A stretch of 64,000 nucleotides of DNA from Candidatus Obscuribacteraceae bacterium. Lineage in GTDB: Bacteria > Cyanobacteriota > Vampirovibrionia > Obscuribacterales > Obscuribacteraceae. A program made the position numbers and the translations under genes. How positions within the stretch are numbered: position 1 is the stretch's first letter; the number at the start of each line of letters is the position of its first letter. The stretch is taken from NCBI GenBank assembly GCA_044226015.1, contig JBGAHS010000006.1, positions 192,001 through 256,000 of the forward strand, written 5' to 3'. Below are positions 8,458-16,346 of this stretch, piece by piece. The notes beneath the pieces are model-generated. The model was not told the DNA's origin and made no database searches. It worked only from the letters and a program-made list of their open reading frames with translations.

Positions 8458-11172
8458 CGGTTTCTCCTGCGCCTTTTGTGTGCTGTAGCCGACGCCAACA
8501 TTGAGTCCCTCGATAGCAGCAGAAAACGCCATCGACGGGAGGGAATATCGTCCAAGTAATATAGGTGCCTGCCATGCTTTCGGCGTAGTATCTCTCACCG
8601 CATCTGACATGAATTTTGTGGGAGATAGCGCGTTCTGCTTTTTCATGTAAGACAGAAGTAGGTCAACCTGAGAGAGTTTAATTGGTTCAGCATTCACTGC
8701 AGCTCGTGCTTCAGCAGAGAGAAGTCGTTGGCCAAAGACCCAATTCTCAGCAGTATGATAGACAGGCTCTGTGTTGTAGGTGCTAATCATGCCGACCTTG
8801 CCCCATTTATCTACCGGGTGAAATAGCGTAAGGACGTCATAAGTTTTCTCGGGGTCAGCAGGCGTCCATGTTTTGCTCGCTTGATCAAAAACTTCAACCG
8901 ACGTAACTCGCTGTGCGGGTGGCAAGGTACGATTGTATGAATATCGAACTCCTTCTCCGGCAAGGAAGTTGCCCGAGTAATCGTGCAGATCAAGATTCTG
9001 TGGCTCGACAAATAACGCTTTAACCTTGTCTCTAAATTGCGAGAATGTTGATGAATTTGCACTGGTCGCTTCCGCTGGAGCCAAATCAGAAACTCCAAAT
9101 TCCAGGGCACGGCGCAATTGTTTGCCAGTTAGTTGAATCGCGGCAAGCTCTCTCGTTTCGCGTGCTTCAGAGCCAGTGTTCAGGAAGACATTTGATGCCT
9201 TGAGGCGATTTAGAATTCCCTTTGGCACCTCTTCTCTTATGTCACCAGTATGTTTGAGCATAATGCTCAGAGGTGAAATTGAATTCAATCCCTGCGCAGC
9301 ACGCTCTGCATTTAATTGTGGAAGCCTGGAATTAACTTCTTCAAGTAGTCCTCTACTTATGAGAGTTGCAAGAGGAGTTTGAACCCCGTGATCGCCTCTG
9401 ATGCCATCTTGAGAAAATGCCTGTAAAACATTTATATCGTTGTGCACCTGATTATGCAGGTCGGTTATTTTGTATGTTCCTTCCGTTTTCGAAGCTATTG
9501 CACTAGTTTGAGTTTCGATGTAGCTCTTAATTTCTGGATCTGGTTTTATGTCTGGTCCTATTTCATGAAGAGTGCCTCTGCTGCGGAATTTGTCAGCACT
9601 TCCGTCAGGTTTAATCGCAAGCTTGAGTTCACCTAACCAGCCTCCTTTGCTGCCCGCCTGCACGATGGGAATCTCATTTCCATTAGCTGAATTTCGCACC
9701 CACACGGGCACTGGTTCGATATCGTGAGAATGAGCACCAACTATTGCGGCGACCTTTCCTTTGAGTGATTTTGCAAGAGCGACGTCTTCTGAACGTCCCA
9801 TGTGTGACAGAACGACGATTTTATTGACGCCGTTTCCATTAAGCTCTCTAATCGTTTTGTCCGCCATCTCAGTTGAAGGCAGGTACTTAACTGCTCCGTC
9901 TGAACCTGTTTCGAGCTCTCTTGTGACCAATCCGATGAGACCAATTTTCTCGCCATTAGCTGCTTCAATAACTCTGTACGGTTTGTAGGAACCCTGGGCG
10001 CCGATGAAACCAGGTGCCGATGGCACTTCGATGTTGGTGGCAATCGCGGGAATTTCTCTACCAAGTTCTTTCTGAATACTGGTGATATTCTTGACCCAAG
10101 CTGCGACATCAGTTTGTCCAAAGCCGATGTCAGCAACGTGATTACCTGGAATGAAACCATCAACGTTCATTCTCTGAATAGCGGAGGTTTCAACATGTCC
10201 AACATTGGTTGAGCCGGCAATTACGTTTCCAGAATAGTTGTCACCCAAATCAAAAAGAAAAGCCTTTTCGCCTCGCTGGGCTGCAGCTGCTCGTAGTTCA
10301 GTGGCTTTGCTTGCAATCTGAGGCAAGCTTGCTCTGTCACCTATGAGGGAGCTGTGAAGATCATTAAAATGCAAAATGTTGACTCTGGTGGTGCCGATGT
10401 CACCCATCAAAGAGGCTTGTGCATAGCGGAAAATGTCTTTAGCGTTAACGAGGGTCGAAAGGGAGGTAGATAGCAGTCCCCCAAAAGAAGCTCCAACCAG
10501 GGTAGAGCTTCCTACTTCCTTACCGATGTTTTCCCAACCAGTAATATTATTGAGCTGTCCACTGTTAACCATGATTGCATGAGGAAGGCTAACAACGAAA
10601 CTACCTGCGGCTCCTGCCGCGACTCCCCGAATAGCATTCTGTTTTATGCGTTCGGAAATCGAGCCTGCTAGGACCTTTTCTCCAACCTGCAAGGCGTTCT
10701 CCGCTGTAATTGTTTCGCTGGCAAATCTTCGCCCAAGGCTAATAGTGAGCTTACGCGAAACTGCCTGTTCCATTGCGCTGGCAGCAACTCCAGCAAGTCC
10801 ATCAATTGCACCCCAGCCAAAATCTTGTGGAGAAAGAGTACGTTTATCTTCCGGTAGCAAGGCAAGTTCCAGACCACCTTTAATTTCTACTCGACTGATA
10901 CCACCTACTGTGGCCGCGGCTGCCAGGCGAACGGGGAGCTTGATGCGCTCAGGTAGCATCGAAAATGCACAAGTACCCAGAATTCCCGAACCTAATGTAC
11001 CGGCAAATTCTGAGAAAGCTTGCCTGCGATCGAGGCTGTCCTTGCTGTATGCTTCCTGGTGAAGCAAATTGCTTGAAGTTAGCTTGAGTGAATCACCATG
11101 GTGGTGCTGCTCGTTTTCACTAGCAGATAAGATTGGCTCTGGAGCTGAGCTGGAAAGCTCAAAGTCTGGCAT
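8446..11172 (-). CDS. 5'-nucleotidase/metallophosphoesterase (UshA/CpdB-like) with long Gly/Ala-rich hydrophobic N-terminal extension
   Basis: ILHFNDLHS, DLGDNYSG, PGNH, LSHMG, GAHSH motifs plus C-terminal 5'-nucleotidase-like domain; ATG at 11172 preferred (AGGA upstream) over ORF-track start 11286. Confidence 0.88.
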   Translation of the reverse strand: MPDFELSSSAPEPILSASENEQHHHGDSLKLTSSNLLHQEAYSKDSLDRRQAFSEFAGTLGSGILGTCAFSMLPERIKLPVRLAAAATVGGISRVEIKGGLELALLPEDKRTLSPQDFGWGAIDGLAGVAASAMEQAVSRKLTISLGRRFASETITAENALQVGEKVLAGSISERIKQNAIRGVAAGAAGSFVVSLPHAIMVNSGQLNNITGWENIGKEVGSSTLVGASFGGLLSTSLSTLVNAKDIFRYAQASLMGDIGTTRVNILHFNDLHSSLIGDRASLPQIASKATELRAAAAQRGEKAFLFDLGDNYSGNVIAGSTNVGHVETSAIQRMNVDGFIPGNHVADIGFGQTDVAAWVKNITSIQKELGREIPAIATNIEVPSAPGFIGAQGSYKPYRVIEAANGEKIGLIGLVTRELETGSDGAVKYLPSTEMADKTIRELNGNGVNKIVVLSHMGRSEDVALAKSLKGKVAAIVGAHSHDIEPVPVWVRNSANGNEIPIVQAGSKGGWLGELKLAIKPDGSADKFRSRGTLHEIGPDIKPDPEIKSYIETQTSAIASKTEGTYKITDLHNQVHNDINVLQAFSQDGIRGDHGVQTPLATLISRGLLEEVNSRLPQLNAERAAQGLNSISPLSIMLKHTGDIREEVPKGILNRLKASNVFLNTGSEARETRELAAIQLTGKQLRRALEFGVSDLAPAEATSANSSTFSQFRDKVKALFVEPQNLDLHDYSGNFLAGEGVRYSYNRTLPPAQRVTSVEVFDQASKTWTPADPEKTYDVLTLFHPVDKWGKVGMISTYNTEPVYHTAENWVFGQRLLSAEARAAVNAEPIKLSQVDLLLSYMKKQNALSPTKFMSDAVRDTTPKAWQAPILLGRYSLPSMAFSAAIEGLNVGVGYSTQKAQEKPLLN

Positions 11173-11467
11173 AGTCCTACCCATAAGCATGGCAGCAGCC
11201 GTGGTCTCACAAAACCACCAGCCTGGCTCAAACTTAAGCCGTTCGCTGCTTTCAACGTTCCCAACACAAATATTAATACTGCACAATTACACATCTGTCA
11301 GTGTGTAAATTACGAAATCGGCACAGTACAACAGTTCAGTGCTCTGACAAAAAAAAGAAGCAGGAATTTTCTTCGTGAATTGGGATATCCAGGAAGGCTT
11401 TAGAATTTCTGTCCGCCAGCCAACACCTTGGAGTAACTCATGAGATTCTGAGGTCGAGAATGGTAGG

Positions 11468-11809
11468 CTATTTTTTGAAAAATTCGTTCAGTATATAAGC
11501 GGTTCCAACGACTGGAATGACAACTAGCATGGTTTTGACGTAGGTCTTTTTCCAAAACGGCATTCGGCGCCATTCCTCGTCTGCACTCTCTATTATCCTT
11601 TTCAGCCGTTCATCTTGGAACTCCGCGACATCAATGACCTGCGGCTTTCCAGCATCAATCTCCTGCGGATTTCCGGCATCAATCGTTGACTGAACTTCAG
11701 GCTGATCTATCCGCTCAAAAACAAAGCCCTCAGCAAGCGCAGGAGAAGCGCTTAACAGCAACAGAACAAAAATAGTAACTGCTGCAAACTTCAAGACAAA
11801 GCCCTCCAA
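11468..11809 (-). CDS. Small exported/membrane hypothetical protein
   Basis: Signal peptide ending SPALA|E, three IDAGxPQ-like repeats, C-terminal TM helix. Confidence 0.7.
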   Translation of the reverse strand: MEGFVLKFAAVTIFVLLLLSASPALAEGFVFERIDQPEVQSTIDAGNPQEIDAGKPQVIDVAEFQDERLKRIIESADEEWRRMPFWKKTYVKTMLVVIPVVGTAYILNEFFKK

Positions 11810-11916
11810 TAGCGTTCTTATTCAAACATCGAGACATGAAAAGTTGGAGAATTTAAGACACTTCGAGGACTGTTCTGTCAGTAATCTCGGTAAGGCTATT
11901 TCTATCCTAAAGTTTG

Positions 11917-11946
11917 TTGACACGCATACGCATGTATGGTAATAAT
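11917..11946 (+). promoter_or_regulatory. sigma70-like promoter with palindromic operator in the spacer
   Basis: TTGACA (11917-11922), 18 nt, AATAAT (11941-11946); CATAC-N4-GTATG at 11925-11938. Confidence 0.6.
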
Positions 11947-11951
11947 AGTAC

Positions 11952-12115
11952 TAGCTACATCTGCTCTTGCATAGCAGGGAGTAGTTTTTCCTGGTAAGCC
12001 AAATTGCGGATCTGGGAACGGAGGCCGATATTTCTCACTCATGGTGGGGGGTATCGGGGATGGCGGGCCCCCCTTCGTTTCAACAGGTCCGCTAGAAGCG
12101 CTGGCATTTACCCGG
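11952..12115 (+). ncRNA. Candidate structured non-coding RNA, family unassigned
   Basis: Nested stems 11993-12001/12102-12112, 12006-12014/12084-12092, 12015-12024/12072-12081, 12025-12038/12044-12057, with G-U pairs that work only on the + strand; promoter immediately upstream. Confidence 0.55.
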
Positions 12116-12291
12116 CCGGCACATTGAACTTTTTCTCTTGGACCTCAGTCAGGATGAAAGAATATCGCATCCAAACTGAACCTTTGAGACTTCAGCTGGT
12201 GCTCAGCTCCTCAGGGTTTTCCCTGTATATGGGACCTATTAAAACGAATAGAATCGAAGGTCGATATCCACCTTGACATCGGTGCCGAATA

Positions 12292-14061
12292 TTGAACTTC
12301 CTCAAAAAAAATCGGTCTGATCGCTCTGCAATCAAATATAAACCTCTTCCTACATGGTGTTCCAATATAGTGCTTGCTACCGCACTAGTATCTGGAGTTC
12401 TCGGAACTTACCTGCTAGTGCCGCTTGAGTCAGCGGTTCCACAGAAAATTGCACCCACAGAAATACAGGGGGTTAGCATAACAGAGGCGCCTCTGGGGCT
12501 GATTGATCTCCAATTGTTTGATGCAGCAACCTGGCTCAATAAGAAGTTACACCCTCTTACTGCCTATCCAGAGCTTGTTGAGCCAGATGAAATAGCCGAT
12601 TCGCAAATAATCTCAGGTTCTCAAATCAACAGCCAGGGCAGCAGGCTGGCCCAGTATCAAGACGTAAAAAGCCTACTAAGCCTTCAACAGATAGAATTCG
12701 ATAGAGAATCAAAAAGCATCGTTGTTGCAAGTTTTTTTCTGCTTGTTTCATCCATTCTTCTCGTCTTGGCTTTGAGATTGCGAGATAGTCTGCTGAGACT
12801 TACAAAGGAATCCATCATATTCCCTTCCGCTCTGATGCCAGAACTGAATTGGCGTCGCCGACGTGAATGGACTGATTTCAGTGCCATGACAGTAGAGGAA
12901 AGTGAATCTGGTGCAGATTTGATTTTGCTTTTTGCTAGTGGTGGAAAGGCTGTATTGAAGCTCAATAAACTGTCGAACAACGCCAGAGAAGAACTGTTTA
13001 TTGCACTAGATGAGAATGCAGCGCACGCAGCTAGGTCACCAGAATTGGTGGCATTTCGACACAAGTTATTCAGTAGCAGTTGCAACCCCAGTGCTAATAC
13101 CTTCACAAAGTTGTGGGAGGCTGAACTCAATTCCCACTACTCCTCAACAAACTTTGTCACATTGTCTTCAAAAAGCACTTTGCAAAATGATCAAATAAGA
13201 ATTTCAATGCACATCTCATCCGGCGGACTCTCAGCTGTTTACCTTGCAGAGAAAAATAAGCAAATGGTCGTCGTTAAAGAATCTGTCTTACCCGCAGGTT
13301 CAAGTGAAGAGAATTTGAATAAGGCTAGGGAGCTGTTTCGCCGTGAAGCACGCGTTTTGATGGCTTTAGATCATCCCCGAATTGCAAAGGTATTAGACTA
13401 CTTCCAAGAAAATGGTCGCGACTACCTGCTACTGGAATATATTCCTGGAATCACTCTTAGAGAGTATGTTCGCCGTCATGGAACTCAAAGCGAAGAGAAG
13501 GTTATAGCGTGGACAAAAGCGATAGCTGAGATACTGAAGTACCTCCATGAACAAGATCCACCGGTAATCCATCGAGATCTAACTCCAGATAATCTCATGA
13601 TTACACCGTCTGGCGAAATTGTATTGATTGACTTCGGTGCTGCAAACCAACTTATTGGCACTGCCACCGGTACCATAGTTGGGAAGCAATACTACATTTC
13701 TCCCGAGCAATTCAGAGGCAAGTCCATCCCCGCAAGTGATATTTATTCATTAGGCGGTACACTGAACTTCCTCCTCACAGGAAAAGACCCTGAAGCACTC
13801 GCATGCTCATTCCCTATGGAGAGCAATAGTTCTATAAGTGCTGCCATGAATGAGTTTGTGGCCGATTGTACAAGGACTGAACTTTCGAAGCGCATTCCGT
13901 CAATAGATCATCTCATCGACCGGCTCTCCTCACTAGAAACCTATGCCCCTCTTCCGATCTTGGAGGGAAGTTCATCACGACACAATTCAATAGATATCAT
14001 TGCTGGTGCCGCAGATGGTGAGGTGATATCACTGAAGGAAGAGGAGAAAATACTTAAGTGA
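12292..14061 (+). CDS. Ser/Thr kinase with N-terminal two-TM region and C-terminal kinase domain
   Basis: SGGLSAVY, VVVKE, HRDLTPDN, DFGAA, GKQYYISPEQ; two N-terminal hydrophobic helices. Confidence 0.9.
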   Translation: MNFLKKNRSDRSAIKYKPLPTWCSNIVLATALVSGVLGTYLLVPLESAVPQKIAPTEIQGVSITEAPLGLIDLQLFDAATWLNKKLHPLTAYPELVEPDEIADSQIISGSQINSQGSRLAQYQDVKSLLSLQQIEFDRESKSIVVASFFLLVSSILLVLALRLRDSLLRLTKESIIFPSALMPELNWRRRREWTDFSAMTVEESESGADLILLFASGGKAVLKLNKLSNNAREELFIALDENAAHAARSPELVAFRHKLFSSSCNPSANTFTKLWEAELNSHYSSTNFVTLSSKSTLQNDQIRISMHISSGGLSAVYLAEKNKQMVVVKESVLPAGSSEENLNKARELFRREARVLMALDHPRIAKVLDYFQENGRDYLLLEYIPGITLREYVRRHGTQSEEKVIAWTKAIAEILKYLHEQDPPVIHRDLTPDNLMITPSGEIVLIDFGAANQLIGTATGTIVGKQYYISPEQFRGKSIPASDIYSLGGTLNFLLTGKDPEALACSFPMESNSSISAAMNEFVADCTRTELSKRIPSIDHLIDRLSSLETYAPLPILEGSSSRHNSIDIIAGAADGEVISLKEEEKILK

Positions 14062-16307
14062 ATAGCGTTGATAAGACTGAAGTTGAAGAACTCAGAGTGG
14101 TGATTGAAAGAGCTAACACCGCCCGAGCTGAAGCTTCACCCGTTTTGGTTCCTTCTGACTCGGATACTTCTGCCTTGGATACGGCTGGCTTAGATACTTC
14201 TGACTTGAATACGTCCGACTCGGGCACTTCTGGCTTGAATACTGCTGACCTGGGTATTTCTGCATTGGATACGGCTTACTTGGATCCGTCTGAGTCGGAT
14301 ACGGCTGACTCGGAACTTGACGCATTCTCACCGCTAGAGTTTCAAAAAGCAAACATCAAGGAATTTTTGTTGAGGAACGATAAGTGGATATTCGGTACAC
14401 TTCTTGTCCTGGTCTTTGTACTCTTTTTTGTAACCAGCCCCAAGCTTCTATCAACGCTTGGTGTATGGACAATAGCCTGGTCCGGATTACTGTATTCCCA
14501 ACATCTGAACTCGAAATATGCAATCAAGGCGACAAAAGAGCACCTTCTGATCCAGAGAAAGCACCCACTTGGACAAGAAAATCTCAAATTAGACTGGAAC
14601 AAAATCTGCTCAATTAACTTTGTGAAGGACCAGAATTTACGTTTGGATTTTGCCCTTGCAGAAAAGACTCTGAGTCCCGCGCAGAAACTTGTCTTTCAAG
14701 ACATACTCAATTGCGATGACGGCATCAGTATATTCCTGCACGCTGGACCAACGATTAAGGAAAAAAGTTTCCTTCAGTCAGTGGAGAGATTCAGCGGACA
14801 AAAGTTTGAACAAGCTTTCGATGAGTTGGAAAACAGTGAAAAATGTCCTGCCACTGCCCTCAATACCGTGCAATACCTGGCTACAGGACAACTGCAACGC
14901 ACTCTAACCGGGCTTCTTGCCAAGTTTGAGAAGTATGCCTTGTTCGCTGGCATTCTTCTATCCTCATTTCTTTTACTCACAAACGGAATCTTCAGCGCTA
15001 TTGCGTCGTTTCTATTGCTGTTAGTACTGTGCATTCCGATAGCATCATTGTTGTATCACGAGAAAAGAGTAGATCTCTCTTTTGATGATGATGGAATTCG
15101 TGTTTTATGGAATACAGAAAAGAGCAAAGTACTGCCCTGGCTACGTATCCAAAGGGTAAGGCATGAGCAAAGAAGAGACACAGCAAATTCAGATATTGAT
15201 CGCATCGAGTTCTTAATAGAGAACAAGAAGCCCGACTCGGTTCACATAAATGCACTTCGACTAGTTTGTCCGCACCTTTTTAAAAGCAGGCACGGCGACA
15301 TTTTTCTAAGCCTGAATCCAGCATTTATCAGAGATGCTCAATCTCGCATTAATTTGCTTCACGCATTGAAAAAGTATTTGCCATCAGAAAAAATCGATCA
15401 GTCGATTTGGGATCTTCTGAATCCGACAGATACAGCTACCTACACTCAGCTCTGGTTAGACAGTCTCGGCTCAAGCATTAATAGAGCGGTTAGACGAAAT
15501 GACGAAGCTTTGAATCCTGGTATGCAACTTAGAAACGGGCGCTTTGAAATTATCGAATCCTTAGGCTCTGGTGGGCAAGCGACAGTTTACAGGGCAAGGA
15601 GAATAATTGAAGACAAAGAGGAAATGGTTGTTCTTAAGGAGTTTGTGTTGCCCTCTCACGCGGGCGCAGAGCTGAGTGCTCGTTCTCTCGAACAAATTCA
15701 AAGCGAATTCGATCTCATGTTCAAACTTAAGCATCCGAACATCGTCCGGTATGACGACATATTTGTGGAGGATCATCGAGCATATTTGGTTCTGGAAGAA
15801 ATCGAAGGCAAGTCTTTGCGTTCAATCATTGAAACGAGAGGAGCGTTGCCTGAAGACGAAGTTATAGCCTTATCGGTACAAATGTGCACCATGCTTAAGG
15901 CTCTCCATGGTCAGCCTACGGCTATTGTCCATCGAGATTTCACCCCAGAAAACTTGATTCTATCGCGTGACGGAACCTTGAAAGTAATTGACTTCAACGT
16001 TGCTCAGAAGCATGAAGAAAGAAGCAGTTCGGTAATAGTTGGAAAACACTCCTATCTTCCGCCTGAGCAATTCAGAGGGAAAGCTTGTCCACAAAGCGAT
16101 ATTTACGCTTTAGGAGCGACCATGTATTTCTTGCTTACTGGAGAGGAAGCTGAGCCGCTTAGCAGTTCGCATCCTAATTTAAAGGCTGAAATCTGTTCAG
16201 CCTCGCTGGATTCGATAGTCGCAAGAGCTACTGAGTTGGAACTGCAAGATCGTTTTAGCAGCGCCGAAGATATGGCTTCAGCTTTAGAAGAACTGCGTAA
16301 GATTTGA
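14058..16307 (+). CDS. Ser/Thr kinase with N-terminal multi-TM region and C-terminal kinase domain
   Basis: GSGGQATVY, VVLKE, HRDFTPEN, DFNVA, GKHSYLPPEQ; GTGA start/stop overlap with the upstream kinase. Confidence 0.9.
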   Translation: MNSVDKTEVEELRVVIERANTARAEASPVLVPSDSDTSALDTAGLDTSDLNTSDSGTSGLNTADLGISALDTAYLDPSESDTADSELDAFSPLEFQKANIKEFLLRNDKWIFGTLLVLVFVLFFVTSPKLLSTLGVWTIAWSGLLYSQHLNSKYAIKATKEHLLIQRKHPLGQENLKLDWNKICSINFVKDQNLRLDFALAEKTLSPAQKLVFQDILNCDDGISIFLHAGPTIKEKSFLQSVERFSGQKFEQAFDELENSEKCPATALNTVQYLATGQLQRTLTGLLAKFEKYALFAGILLSSFLLLTNGIFSAIASFLLLLVLCIPIASLLYHEKRVDLSFDDDGIRVLWNTEKSKVLPWLRIQRVRHEQRRDTANSDIDRIEFLIENKKPDSVHINALRLVCPHLFKSRHGDIFLSLNPAFIRDAQSRINLLHALKKYLPSEKIDQSIWDLLNPTDTATYTQLWLDSLGSSINRAVRRNDEALNPGMQLRNGRFEIIESLGSGGQATVYRARRIIEDKEEMVVLKEFVLPSHAGAELSARSLEQIQSEFDLMFKLKHPNIVRYDDIFVEDHRAYLVLEEIEGKSLRSIIETRGALPEDEVIALSVQMCTMLKALHGQPTAIVHRDFTPENLILSRDGTLKVIDFNVAQKHEERSSSVIVGKHSYLPPEQFRGKACPQSDIYALGATMYFLLTGEEAEPLSSSHPNLKAEICSASLDSIVARATELELQDRFSSAEDMASALEELRKI
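14160..14309 (+). repeat. Degenerate 15-bp tandem repeat (about 10 units) encoding [DNG]-T-[SA]-x-[LS] pentapeptides
   Basis: tcggatacttctgcc ttggatacggctggc ttagatacttctgac ttgaatacgtccgac ... Confidence 0.85.
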
Positions 16308-16346
16308 TATCATTGATTTGAAGTTCTTCCGCGGAGCACGTTAACG

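Noticed and set aside
11989..12115. 5S rRNA or SRP RNA (TCCTGGT start, ~120 nt; CAGGTCCG...AAGC resembles SRP helix 8)
   Set aside because: Lacks the CCGAAC loop of 5S and the CAGG-stem-GNRA-stem-AGCA motif of SRP; those bases pair elsewhere in the proposed fold
12004..12276. 90-aa ORF from the ORF track
   Set aside because: TTG start without RBS, no protein-like features, overlaps the structured RNA candidate
14160..14309. CRISPR-like array
   Set aside because: 15-bp period with no unique spacers, in frame within a CDS, no cas genes
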